DNA from: Vicinamibacteria bacterium
Lineage (GTDB): Bacteria; Acidobacteriota; Vicinamibacteria; Marinacidobacterales; Marinacidobacteraceae
Reading direction: 5' to 3'
Assembly: GCA_965199715.1 (NCBI GenBank)
Contig: OZ241322.1
Span: 2,284,157-2,348,156, forward strand
DNA: 64,000 bases
Made by a program: the position numbers and the translations under genes
Shown: piece by piece, positions 8,836-18,311 of the stretch
How positions within the stretch are numbered: position 1 is the first letter of the stretch
Layout of the letters: each line of letters starts with the position of its first letter
The notes under the pieces: generated by a model
Told to the model about the DNA's origin: nothing
Seen by the model: the letters and a program-made list of their open reading frames with translations, nothing else
The model's database searches: none

Positions 8836-10806
8836 TTAGTCGCTGGTGGATTCTGCAGTGTCCGACGGTGCGCTCTGGAACAGCTGAACCCGGAGCGATG
8901 CCCCGGCCATGCCAGCGAAGTCGCCGGCAAGGCCGTAGTCCACATTGACGACCTTGACTTCGCCCGCACGCAGTTGGCCGATGCGGATTCCCGTCACGAC
9001 TGCGCCCGTCTTCACCAAGGCGCTCTGTGTGGCCTCTTTGCCGTCGATTTGAACATTGTCCAATTCGAGCGGTGTGTACTCGTCTTGGCCGGGTCGTAGG
9101 CAGGTCGCGTCGAGCGCCTCGTCCACAACGAGGCGGAGCTCGGCGTCATTGAAATCCTTGATTGACTCGACGTGGATCGAGCGTCGCGACGATCCGAGGG
9201 GGCACGACACGACTCGAAAACATTCCGGGAGCGACGGTCTCCGGCGTTGGTCGGGATTCCGGGGAGGCGAGGATCGACTCTTGCTGGCTGTTGCTCCACT
9301 GGGTTCACCGGTCCCACGGGGGACGGGGACTTCAAACGGACGCTGTCGGTTCGGGTTCTGAGCGATCACGCTGGGGCTACCCCAGAAGTTGCTACGCGTC
9401 TTGCCACCGGTGCCTGTACCGTCCTCAGAGTCGATAGAGAGGAAGTCGTCGGCTGCGAACGCGTCTGTGCGGATTTCCTGTGTGTTGTCGCGAATCCAAT
9501 CCTTGATCTCGTGAAACGCAGCGCGGCAGGCCCTGCGGTTGAGAGGAGGAAGGCGCTTGATGTGGATTGCGTCGTGCAGCGGTCCCTCCGCCAGTCGAAC
9601 GAATTCGTGAAGGTCGTCGCCAGGCACGGAGTCAAGGCAGAGGACTGCGTGGAAGGGGACCCGGTCACCGAAGTAGCTCGTAATGCCCGGGAGTCCTGAG
9701 GTGATCCACATCCCGTTCCGGCAAATGTCAATGCGTGTTCGTCCGCTTGGCCGTTCCAACAGATGGATTTCAACGTCGCCGCTGCTCGTCTTGATCGTGT
9801 CAATCGATCCGCCTCGGTGCGCTTCGTTGGCTTCGAATGCGTCACGACCGTTCAGAAAAGCTCGCCGCTGAACGGTACTGGCGTTGCGCCGCAGAATCTC
9901 GAGCAGATTGGACTTGTCCAGAGTGCTGGAGCCGAATTCAGGGCTCGGACGCGCATCCTCGACCGTCACGATGAGATCGCCTCGAGCAATCGCAACGAAA
10001 AAATTGGCGGCGGCAGCGGCGGACACGACGCGATCAAGATCGTCACTTCCCTTGTGCAGGAAGTGGTTGAAACCGGGGATGGTGACCGCACTCCCGTGGT
10101 CCCACGAACTGCGAATTTCCGTGAGTATGTCCTTGAAGAAATGAGGTATGTCGCGGCCAGTGGCAAAGTGGTAGGGCCGACCACCACTTCCGAATCCCTT
10201 TACTAAAAAACCGTCACCCGATCGAAGCGTGCCGCCACGGTTGAAGTGGGATGCGAGGACGGCGTGGCCGCACGCAATCCTCCGACCGCTGGACGTGACG
10301 CCGGCATACAGCAGATAACGAAGATTGGAAGCCGGGATCGCCGTTGTATGGCCGTTCCCGTAGGTGCCGGTTGCGCCCGTCCCTTTGACGCTTACGCCGT
10401 CACTGAGAAGTGCCGTGAGTCGTTTCCTGTCGAGGCCGACGCCGTTGTCGAGAACCGTGAGTACCTCGATCTCATCGCGAGCGAGCTCCTCCTTCATGCG
10501 GGCCACAACAAGCTGGGCCTGCTGCGCCAGATCGCCGCCAACCCTCCGCTGCGTTGCGACCGCGTGCCTGAGTGCCTCCTTGTACGAGGCCATTCCCGGG
10601 ATCTGCGTCCGCTCGATGCGCGACAACCGAAACAGCACGTGGGCAGGAGTGCGGTCGGCCTCTCTGGCCGCATCCATGGCGTTCTGGATCAGTTCTCGAA
10701 CGATCGCCGCTGGACGCAGGTCGTCGAAAGCGGCGATGCCCGCGGCAGTGAAACCGGAGATACCGTCACTCCGCCCGAATCGCAGATCCGGCGCTCCGTG
10801 CGGCAT
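8836..10806 (-). CDS. GHKL (MORC/Hsp90-like) ATPase-domain protein
   Basis: Bergerat-fold motifs: IVRELIQNAMDA (N box), VLDNGVGL (G1), GTYGNGH (G2), HGSAVTI (G3), followed by an RNGMWI segment. Confidence 0.8.
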   Translation of the reverse strand: MPHGAPDLRFGRSDGISGFTAAGIAAFDDLRPAAIVRELIQNAMDAAREADRTPAHVLFRLSRIERTQIPGMASYKEALRHAVATQRRVGGDLAQQAQLVVARMKEELARDEIEVLTVLDNGVGLDRKRLTALLSDGVSVKGTGATGTYGNGHTTAIPASNLRYLLYAGVTSSGRRIACGHAVLASHFNRGGTLRSGDGFLVKGFGSGGRPYHFATGRDIPHFFKDILTEIRSSWDHGSAVTIPGFNHFLHKGSDDLDRVVSAAAAANFFVAIARGDLIVTVEDARPSPEFGSSTLDKSNLLEILRRNASTVQRRAFLNGRDAFEANEAHRGGSIDTIKTSSGDVEIHLLERPSGRTRIDICRNGMWITSGLPGITSYFGDRVPFHAVLCLDSVPGDDLHEFVRLAEGPLHDAIHIKRLPPLNRRACRAAFHEIKDWIRDNTQEIRTDAFAADDFLSIDSEDGTGTGGKTRSNFWGSPSVIAQNPNRQRPFEVPVPRGTGEPSGATASKSRSSPPRNPDQRRRPSLPECFRVVSCPLGSSRRSIHVESIKDFNDAELRLVVDEALDATCLRPGQDEYTPLELDNVQIDGKEATQSALVKTGAVVTGIRIGQLRAGEVKVVNVDYGLAGDFAGMAGASLRVQLFQSAPSDTAESTSD

Positions 10807-10812
10807 GTCGGT

Positions 10813-11964
10813 TCAGGCGGCTAGAGCGGGTGCCACGGCGGCTGCGAGGGCCGCGACCGCCTCGCTGACGTCCTCGTCCGTCGTGAAACGTCCGAGACCG
10901 ATGCGGACGCCGGTCGAGGCTGCAGCCCGGTCAAGACCCAGCGCGAGCAACACGCGGGATGGCTCGAAGGTCGCCGATGCGCACGCTGATCCCGACGAGA
11001 TGGCGATCCGTTCGGACACGGCGCGGATGACCTCGTCGGCATTCAGCCCCGGGAAGCCGACGTTCAGGTTTCCGGCTACGCGCTCACGCTCGTGGCCGAA
11101 CAGTCGCAGGTCTGGTCTAACCGCACGGAGTTCGTTGTAGAGGCGTTTCGTCAGCGACGCGATCCGGGCCCGATCTTCCTCCTGCCGCACTAGGGCCACC
11201 TCGCACGCCCTTCCGAATCCGGCGATCAGGGCTGTGGGCACGGTGCCGCCCCGGCGGCTCCGTTCCTGGGAGCCGCCGGTGATGACCGGTCGGAGTTCGA
11301 CCCCCGAGCGCACGTACAGGGCCCCCACCCCCTTGGGTCCGTAAACCTTGTGGCTCGAGATGCTGAGGAGATCCACGCCCCACTCATCGACATCAATGGT
11401 CAGCCGACCGGCCGCCTGTGTCGCATCCGTGTGGAAGAGCGCGCCGCAGGCATGACAGAGCTCGGCGATCTCCGGGATCGGCTGCAGGACTCCGATTTCG
11501 TTGTTCACGGCCATCACCGAGACGATCAGCGTGCGCTCGTCCAGAACTGACTCAAGGCGCCCAAGATCAGCAAGCCCGTCCTTCCCGACGGGGAGAATCG
11601 CAATCTCATGGCCGTCGCTACCCAGATCCCGCACGGTCTCAAGGACCGCCGCGTGCTCGGTGGCCAGCGTCACAATGCGATTTCGGCCACCGTTGCGTTT
11701 TCGGTTGGCGACGCCACGCAGCGCGAGGTTGCAGCTCTCCGTCGCCCCGGACGTGAACACGATCTCATCGTCGTCGGCGTTCAGAAGGCTTGCGACCTGC
11801 GCCCTGCCGAGTCGGACCGCCTGGGATGCGTTCCAGCCGAACCGATGGCCGTGCGAATGCGGATTGCCGAACTCCTCTGCGAGGTAGGGGCACATCGCCT
11901 CCCGAACTTCAGGATCCATCGGAGTCGTCGCCTGGTAGTCCAGATAGACGGGCCTGTGACTCAT
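10813..11964 (-). CDS. dndA: Cysteine desulfurase (IscS/DndA-type)
   Basis: YLDYQATTP, FTSGATES, HTDATQ, PLP lysine SSHKVYGPKG, catalytic SSGSACAS. Start ATG 11964 overlaps the upstream stop (ATGA). Confidence 0.92.
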   Translation of the reverse strand: MSHRPVYLDYQATTPMDPEVREAMCPYLAEEFGNPHSHGHRFGWNASQAVRLGRAQVASLLNADDDEIVFTSGATESCNLALRGVANRKRNGGRNRIVTLATEHAAVLETVRDLGSDGHEIAILPVGKDGLADLGRLESVLDERTLIVSVMAVNNEIGVLQPIPEIAELCHACGALFHTDATQAAGRLTIDVDEWGVDLLSISSHKVYGPKGVGALYVRSGVELRPVITGGSQERSRRGGTVPTALIAGFGRACEVALVRQEEDRARIASLTKRLYNELRAVRPDLRLFGHERERVAGNLNVGFPGLNADEVIRAVSERIAISSGSACASATFEPSRVLLALGLDRAAASTGVRIGLGRFTTDEDVSEAVAALAAAVAPALAA

Positions 11965-13451
11965 TCGGTGCAGTCGCAGGGGAGCATCGTCTCGGCGAGT
12001 GCGCCCAGCTCGCGGCCGTTGGCCACGTCGTCGTAGGAAAAGTCGTTGTTGCCGAAGAATCCGATGTGCTTCACCTTGCTTCGCGTAGCTCGCTTCTCTG
12101 CCTCGAGATCGCGCCCGTACTTCGCCTCCATTCGCTTCCACCACGCCAAGTCACACGGCGTGCCCGAAAATGCACCGTTCCCACCTGCTCCGTTGGTCAT
12201 GTGGGCGTGAACGGTCCTCAGATTCACCGCGCCCTTGAGGAAGCAGTACACGCAGTTGGACAGGCCAGAGTCATGTGGCAGCTTCAGATCCCACGTTTGG
12301 CCCTCCCAGAAGCGATTCACGTCCTCCCTGGCGACCGCCATGTCGGCGAGCGGCATATAGATGTGCTCGCCCTCATAGCCTGAAGCGGAGTCGTTGCGGC
12401 TGCTCACTCGCTGCACCCGGTGCGGCTCATCGTGGCGCAGGCCGATGAACGCTACGTACTGGGCGCCGCCTTTGCCGAACCGAGCCTTGCCGCCGAAGGT
12501 CTTGCCCTTGAGATGTTCGTTCTCGAACGGCGTCCAATCGGGCCAGTAGTCCTCGAATCGTTGCTCAGGTCGAAAGTGAGGCCTCTCCCAAGCGAACCGA
12601 CGCTTCTCAAGGAAGATTTCCCTGGGCACGCCGCCCTGGTTCTTCAGGTGCCGCCGGTAGGCCGCGTCCGGGTTCATGCGTGGCCTGCGTCCAAAGTGAC
12701 CCATGCGCGGAATTCCGGGCTTCCCGGAGAACCAATCCCGAAGAAAGGCGCGAGTCACTTCCAGCTTGAGGTGTCGCGTGCAGATTCGCTGGAACTGATT
12801 CGGGACGTAGCCTGACCACGACAGTAGTTCCTCAAACACCTCGCCTTGCCAGTGGAACCCATTCGGGTTGGACGCCGACCGGGGGTTCTCGTTCACAAGG
12901 CGGTAAGTCGGAAGACGTGTCCATTCCCCCTGCCGGGCGTCCTCGTAGGTTTGGAATTCGATCTGAAAGAACGGGATTCCGTAGCGGTGCGCGGCGCGGA
13001 TGCAGTCCCCTACGAACTCGTAAGTGCCCGGGTGCTCCGCGGCCGTGTTGTTGAAGACGATCACGTCGCCCCGGTCCTGCCGCAGGAGTCCGTTGTGGAG
13101 AAGCGTGAAGAGAAGCATCCCGCTGGAACGGCCGCCGGAAAACTTCACGACGTGCGGCAGCGAGCTGTGCTTTCTGGACCGGTACCGGAAGAGATGCGCA
13201 CGGTTCGGGTCGTGCGTGGCAGGGGAGCGGGCGATCCTCGTTGAGGGCGACAGCGACGGGATGCCGCAAACCTCAAAGCTCGGGGCCGATTGTGGGCCCG
13301 GTCGGGTGGCAGCCGGTTCGCTGGTCACCGGCGGCTGCGCCGAGGTGATCGGAAGCTCCCATGCCGTGTTCGCACCGATGACGGTTGAACCCTGAGAGCC
13401 GTCCGAACGTCGGCTCGCCTGCGACGCGGTGACCATGCCCAATTGTGGCAT
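11961..13451 (-). CDS. PAPS-reductase/PP-loop family protein (non-DndC type, Cys-rich)
   Basis: PP-loop KFSGGRSS, FNNTAAEH, RICTRHLK, IGLRHDE, SNCVYCFLK, C-terminal LPCDCTE. Start may be 13436, 5 nt after a TG-C-CACAAT extended -10-like box. Confidence 0.85.
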   Translation of the reverse strand: MPQLGMVTASQASRRSDGSQGSTVIGANTAWELPITSAQPPVTSEPAATRPGPQSAPSFEVCGIPSLSPSTRIARSPATHDPNRAHLFRYRSRKHSSLPHVVKFSGGRSSGMLLFTLLHNGLLRQDRGDVIVFNNTAAEHPGTYEFVGDCIRAAHRYGIPFFQIEFQTYEDARQGEWTRLPTYRLVNENPRSASNPNGFHWQGEVFEELLSWSGYVPNQFQRICTRHLKLEVTRAFLRDWFSGKPGIPRMGHFGRRPRMNPDAAYRRHLKNQGGVPREIFLEKRRFAWERPHFRPEQRFEDYWPDWTPFENEHLKGKTFGGKARFGKGGAQYVAFIGLRHDEPHRVQRVSSRNDSASGYEGEHIYMPLADMAVAREDVNRFWEGQTWDLKLPHDSGLSNCVYCFLKGAVNLRTVHAHMTNGAGGNGAFSGTPCDLAWWKRMEAKYGRDLEAEKRATRSKVKHIGFFGNNDFSYDDVANGRELGALAETMLPCDCTE

Positions 13452-13496
13452 GTGCGGGTGTCAGAATGAGTCACAGCCGTCTCTCTGAATCAGCCC

Positions 13497-15899
13497 CTAC
13501 GGCGCCGGTTCCAGCATCAGCCGGTGCTCGGTCACCGATTCCACGCGCCCCCGGGTGTACGCCAGCGGGAAGTACTGGTTGCGCACCCAGAGGTCGAACA
13601 GGTCGCGGTAGTGGGGGTTCATCGGATCGCCTGACTGGCCGGGGGTCGAGGTCGCGATCGAGTTGTCCCAGTCGGACGGGTCGAGGATGACGCGGAAGCT
13701 GCCGCCGGAGCGCTGGTTGTCGCCGCCGCCGGTGTTGTTCACGGTGGACTCGTAGCCGCCCCGGGGGTAGGGGCCGACCTCGAGCAACTGCCGGGTCTCC
13801 TCGTCCACCGCGTCCGCCATGTAGTGCGTGATGTGGACGTGCTTCATGTTTTCCTGCCCGTAGCGCCAGTTCGCCATGTCGGTTCCGAGCCGCTCCTCGA
13901 CGTCCTGGACGCCGTCGGCGAGCGCCTTGACCAGCAGCGCGTCCCGGGCGTTGATGGGATCGTTCCCGAACCGGCCGTCGGGGGCCATCAGGTGGTCGAG
14001 CATCCGCTTCTTGTTCACCCGAGAGACGTAATCCCGCGCCGCTTCCGGGATGTACAGCTCGCCGACCGCTTCCGACACGCGCCGCTCGAAGTGCAGGTAG
14101 ATCGTGGCCGCGACCGAATCCATTCCCATCACGAAGTCCCAATCCTTGAGCAGCGTCAGCGCCGGGCTCTCGGGCGGCTCGGCGAGCAGCAGCAGCGGCA
14201 CGAGGTTGCGCGCCACGACGCTGAGCTCGTCGTGCTGGTAGGCCATCATGTCCTGGACGGTCATGCGCCGCCCGTCGCGCATCAGCTCGTCCACCCGCAG
14301 GCCCCGCATCTCGTCGCCCCACGTGAAGTGGAGCGCCTCGGGGTGCGGATAGTCCGACTGGACCGCCGGCGCCATCAGGTTGTTCGCGGTGCCCCAGAAG
14401 CCTTTCTCCGGGTTCTTCACCGAGGGCAGCGCCTTGATCGGGAGCAGGCCCGACCACTCGTAGCGCCCGTCGCCGGGAACCGGCACGAGGCCGCTCCAGT
14501 TCGCGTTGCGGATCGGCGACACGCCCACCGCCTGGTAGCCGATGTTGCCCTTGACGTCGCCCCAGATCATGTTCTCGGCCGGGATGCCGCTGTAGGCGCA
14601 CGCCTCGACGAACTCCTCCCAGGTGCGCGCCTGGTCCATGCGCAGGCTGGCGAGATAGGGAGAGTTGCCGATCTCGAGCCAGGCGGCGTTGAGCGCGTAC
14701 GCCTTGTGGTTCTCGCCGTCCTCGTGGAGCACCGGCCCGTGGCGGGTGTACTTGAGCGTCGCGACGTGGTCGGCCTGTCCCTTCACCCGGATCGTTTCCG
14801 TCCGGATCGTCATCGCTTCCCACTCGCCGAGGTAGCGGTACTCGTGGGGGTTCTCCGGGTTCGTGTCATAGACCATCAGGTCCTCGTTGTCCTGCCCGAA
14901 GACGGTCAGGCCCCACCCGCCGTATTCGTTGTGCCCGATGGAGAGGCCGGGCAGCACCGGCTCGCCGCCCCCGATCACGTTCCATCCCGGCCCCTTGATG
15001 TGGACGAAGTACCGGAGCGACGGCGCCACGATGGTGCGATGCGGGTCGTTGACGATCAGCGGGAGTCCGGTCCAGGTGCGTTCGCCGCCGACGACCCAGT
15101 TGTTGCTGCCGATGTGCTCGCCGAGATCCACGAGCCGCAGCTCGGAGGGGAACTCCTCGAGCAGCGCCAGCCGCTCGGCGTCCCGGTTGCGGTACTCGGC
15201 GGCGATCTGGTCCGGGCTGAAGGTGACCGGTCCCCGGAAGGCCCGGTAGACGTCGAGGATCTCGGGCTTCAGCAGCGAGCCGTCGATCGCCGGATCCAGC
15301 GCGAGCTGCGGCGTCCCCGGCCGATACCAGTCCACGCCCATCATCGCCTCGGGGCCGACCGCCGCCACCGCCATCCCGATGTTGAGCTCGCTCGTGACGT
15401 TCGAGAGCAGCCCCTGATGCCGGGAGATGACGTCCTTTTCGGTCCACGGTTCGGGAAGGATCCCGAGCAGCCGGAACTCCAGCGGCAGCGAGTCCGGATC
15501 CTGCCGCGCCCGCTCCACGGCGGCGTTGATCCCCCGCACGAACGCCGGGATGATCTTGTCGCCCCTCTCGTGGTACCAGCGCATCTCCTCGCCCATGTCC
15601 TTGCGGAACTGGTGGAGCCTCGTCCCGATGTCGCGCTGGAGCTCGCCCGGGCCGAGGATCTCGGCGACCGTGCCCGTGGCCTGCCGGCGCCACATCTCGA
15701 ACTGGAAGAGCCGGTTCTCCGCCGCTCGGTAGCCCTGCGCGAAGAAGAGGTCGTCCTCGGTCTCCGCGTAGATGTGGTCCACTCCCCAGCGATCCACGAG
15801 CACCTCCACCGCCCGCTCCAGCCCGGCGACGGCGCGGGTCTCGTCCTGGGCGAGCCCCGGAGCGGCGAGAAGGATCAGCGCGGCGAGGAATCGGGTCAT
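13497..15899 (-). CDS. Penicillin acylase family protein (Ntn hydrolase)
   Basis: Signal peptide MTRFLAALILLAAPGLAQ, DRWGVDHIYA, RLFQFEMWRR, catalytic GSNNW, NDPH, PGQSGDP; AAGGAG RBS upstream. Confidence 0.93.
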   Translation of the reverse strand: MTRFLAALILLAAPGLAQDETRAVAGLERAVEVLVDRWGVDHIYAETEDDLFFAQGYRAAENRLFQFEMWRRQATGTVAEILGPGELQRDIGTRLHQFRKDMGEEMRWYHERGDKIIPAFVRGINAAVERARQDPDSLPLEFRLLGILPEPWTEKDVISRHQGLLSNVTSELNIGMAVAAVGPEAMMGVDWYRPGTPQLALDPAIDGSLLKPEILDVYRAFRGPVTFSPDQIAAEYRNRDAERLALLEEFPSELRLVDLGEHIGSNNWVVGGERTWTGLPLIVNDPHRTIVAPSLRYFVHIKGPGWNVIGGGEPVLPGLSIGHNEYGGWGLTVFGQDNEDLMVYDTNPENPHEYRYLGEWEAMTIRTETIRVKGQADHVATLKYTRHGPVLHEDGENHKAYALNAAWLEIGNSPYLASLRMDQARTWEEFVEACAYSGIPAENMIWGDVKGNIGYQAVGVSPIRNANWSGLVPVPGDGRYEWSGLLPIKALPSVKNPEKGFWGTANNLMAPAVQSDYPHPEALHFTWGDEMRGLRVDELMRDGRRMTVQDMMAYQHDELSVVARNLVPLLLLAEPPESPALTLLKDWDFVMGMDSVAATIYLHFERRVSEAVGELYIPEAARDYVSRVNKKRMLDHLMAPDGRFGNDPINARDALLVKALADGVQDVEERLGTDMANWRYGQENMKHVHITHYMADAVDEETRQLLEVGPYPRGGYESTVNNTGGGDNQRSGGSFRVILDPSDWDNSIATSTPGQSGDPMNPHYRDLFDLWVRNQYFPLAYTRGRVESVTEHRLMLEPAP

Positions 15900-15949
15900 G
15901 GGACGCTCCTTCGGGGACTCGATCATACCGGCTGATAATTTCCACGCCG

Positions 15950-17137
15950 ATGAACCGGCTCCCTTCGCTCGGGACCCTCATGCTGGCCGGGATGCTGGCC
16001 GGCGGAGCCGCCGGGCTTCTCGTCGGCGAGGCCGCGACCTCGGTCCATTTCCTGGGCGACGCGTTCATCCGCCTCCTGATGCTGGCGGCGATCCCGCTGG
16101 TGTTCTGCAACATCGCGCTGGCGATCGCCGCCGCCCGGCCCGCCGGCGGCCTCGGCCGCCTCGCGCTCGGGATCCTCGCCTTCTTCGGCCTCACCTCGTT
16201 CGCCGCGCACCTAGTCTCGTTCGCGTCGCTCGGGCTGATCCGCCCCGGCGACGGGTTTCCGGGGTACGCCGCCGACTCCGCGCCCGCGGTTCCCGCCGCG
16301 GCCGAATTCCTTTCGGCGCTCGTGCCCGGCAACGCGGTCGGCGTGTTCGCGAACGGGCAGGTGACCGCGATCCTTGTCCTCGGCCTGATGCTCGGCGCGG
16401 CGACCCGCGCGCTCGAGGACGAGCACCGCGACCGCGTCGTCGCCTTCCTGCGGACCGGGGCGGAGCTCTTCCGCAAGCTCGCCACCGGGGTCATGTGGTA
16501 CGGCCCGATCGGCGTCGCCGCGCTGTCGGCTTCGTCGCTCGGCGAGTACGGGCAAGCCGTCTTCGGGCCGCTCGGCCTCTACATCGTCGCGATCTGGACG
16601 GCCGAACTCGGGATGCTCGGCGGGTATCTCCTGATCCTGCGGGTCTTCTCGAACGCCTCGCCGATCCGGTTCCTGCGCCAGACCGCGACCGTCTGGACGA
16701 CGACGATCTCGACCTGCTCCAGCCTCGCGAGCCTGGGAGCCTCGTTCCAGGCCGCCACCCGCATGCGCCTGCCGGCGCCGGTCACCTCGTTCACGCTTCC
16801 GCTCGGCGCCCAGCTCAACAAGGACGGAAGCTCGATCCTCCTGGCCGGGATCGTCCTGTTCACGGCGCAGGCGTCCGGGGTCTCGCTGGACCTGCCGCAA
16901 CTCGCGCTCGTGACCGCCATCGGCGTGCTGCTGTCGGCCTCGGCGCCGGGGATCCCGAACGGCGGCGTCGTGAACCAGCTTCTGCTGCTGCAGGTGGTCG
17001 GCCTGCCGCTCGACGTCGCGGTGCTCGTGGCCGGCGTGTACCGACTCGTCGATATGCCCACGACGACCCTGAACATCGTCGGGGACCTCGTCGGCTCCAC
17101 CGTGATGGCTTCGCGCGAACGTGCCGGAATCGGTTGA
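15950..17137 (+). CDS. Dicarboxylate/amino acid:cation symporter (DAACS)
   Basis: Many TM segments; TCSSLASL, LPLGAQLNKDG, DMPTTTLNIVGD. Confidence 0.9.
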   Translation: MNRLPSLGTLMLAGMLAGGAAGLLVGEAATSVHFLGDAFIRLLMLAAIPLVFCNIALAIAAARPAGGLGRLALGILAFFGLTSFAAHLVSFASLGLIRPGDGFPGYAADSAPAVPAAAEFLSALVPGNAVGVFANGQVTAILVLGLMLGAATRALEDEHRDRVVAFLRTGAELFRKLATGVMWYGPIGVAALSASSLGEYGQAVFGPLGLYIVAIWTAELGMLGGYLLILRVFSNASPIRFLRQTATVWTTTISTCSSLASLGASFQAATRMRLPAPVTSFTLPLGAQLNKDGSSILLAGIVLFTAQASGVSLDLPQLALVTAIGVLLSASAPGIPNGGVVNQLLLLQVVGLPLDVAVLVAGVYRLVDMPTTTLNIVGDLVGSTVMASRERAGIG

Positions 17138-18311
17138 GCGCGCCCGGGCGCTGTTCCCGGGGGCCGCGCGGCGGCCGTACCTGAACGTCGCGGTCCGCAG
17201 CCTGCTCGCCGCTCCGGTGCGCGCCGCGGTGGACCGGTTCCTCGACGCCGCGGCGTACGGCGGGCCGGACAAGCCGGGACTCTTCGCCGTCGTCGAGCGC
17301 GGGCGCGCCGCGTTCGCCGACTGGATCGGCGCCGGGGCGGACGAGGTGGCGTGGACCCGCAACGTGACCGACGGGCTGAACCTCTTTCTCGGGTCGCTCG
17401 AGTGGGCGCCGGGCGACGAGGTCGTCCTCTGCCCCGATCTGGAGCACCCCGCGAACGTGCTTCCGTGGCGGAACCTCGCGGCGCGCCGCGGGGTCCGCCT
17501 TCGGGAGATTCCCGCGGACGGCGGGCGCATGCCGGTCGAGCGGATGGCCGACGCGGTGGGGCCGCGGACGCGAGTGATCGCCGCGGCGACGATCTCGTTC
17601 AGCCCGGGTTTCGTGACCGACCTCGCCCCGCTCAAGGAGGCGCGCCGGGGCCGCGACGCGCTGCTCGTGATGGACGCGGCGCAGTCGGTGGGAGCGCTGC
17701 GGACCGACGTGGACGAGCTCGGGGCCGACGCGCTCGCGGTCGCGACCCAGAAGGCGCTCGCCGGCTTCTACGGCGCGGGATTCCTCTACGTGCGCCGTGA
17801 GGTCGCCGAGTCGGTCGCGCCGCCCGCGCTCGGGCGCTTCGGCGTCCAAGCCGAGGGCGGCGAGACGGCCGTGCCCGAGAACGGGCTTCCGTACGCCGCC
17901 GGGGCGCGGCGGTTCGATCTCGGAAACTACAACTTCATCGGAGCGATCGCCGCGGACGCCGCGCTCGCCCTGCTGGCCCGATTCGGGGCCGGGGCCATCG
18001 AGAGCCGCGTCCGCGGCCTCGCGCTGGACCTCGCGGAGGGCTTGCTCGAACTCGGGCTCCCGGTGGCCGGGGGCCCGCCCGGCGACCATCTCGGACACCT
18101 CGTGTGCGTCGGGCCTGCGGGCGAGGGCTCCCTCGACGGGGCGGACGATCCGCTCGTTCGGGAGTTCGCCCGGCGGCTCGAGGCGGCGGACGTCGCGTGC
18201 TCGATCCGTCGGGGGGTGGTCCGGTTCTCGCCGCACCTGTACAACGACGCGGGGGACGTCGGGCGGGCGCTCGAGGTCGCGTCCGGGCTCGTCCGGCGGA
18301 GCTCGAAGTAA
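17121..18311 (+). CDS. Aminotransferase class V-fold PLP-dependent enzyme
   Basis: YLNVA, EHPANV, DAAQSVG, QKAL, RFSPHLYN; overlaps the symporter 3' end. Confidence 0.88.
   Translation: MPESVERARALFPGAARRPYLNVAVRSLLAAPVRAAVDRFLDAAAYGGPDKPGLFAVVERGRAAFADWIGAGADEVAWTRNVTDGLNLFLGSLEWAPGDEVVLCPDLEHPANVLPWRNLAARRGVRLREIPADGGRMPVERMADAVGPRTRVIAAATISFSPGFVTDLAPLKEARRGRDALLVMDAAQSVGALRTDVDELGADALAVATQKALAGFYGAGFLYVRREVAESVAPPALGRFGVQAEGGETAVPENGLPYAAGARRFDLGNYNFIGAIAADAALALLARFGAGAIESRVRGLALDLAEGLLELGLPVAGGPPGDHLGHLVCVGPAGEGSLDGADDPLVREFARRLEAADVACSIRRGVVRFSPHLYNDAGDVGRALEVASGLVRRSSK

Larger units (their letters stand above)
1..13490. mobile_element. Putative genomic (defence) island, right part
   Basis: Visibly more A/T-containing codons than the flank from 13,497 onward, and all genes are DNA modification/defence-type. 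No integrase, tRNA or att site seen at this edge. Confidence 0.6.

Noticed and set aside
11961-13451. Canonical DndC or assimilatory CysH
   Set aside because: Lacks the SGGKDS and RFGCW-type DndC motifs and the CysH ECGLH tail.
17121-18311. Second cysteine desulfurase belonging to the island
   Set aside because: No SSGSAC or RxGxHC catalytic Cys motif, host-like composition, and coupled to a transporter.
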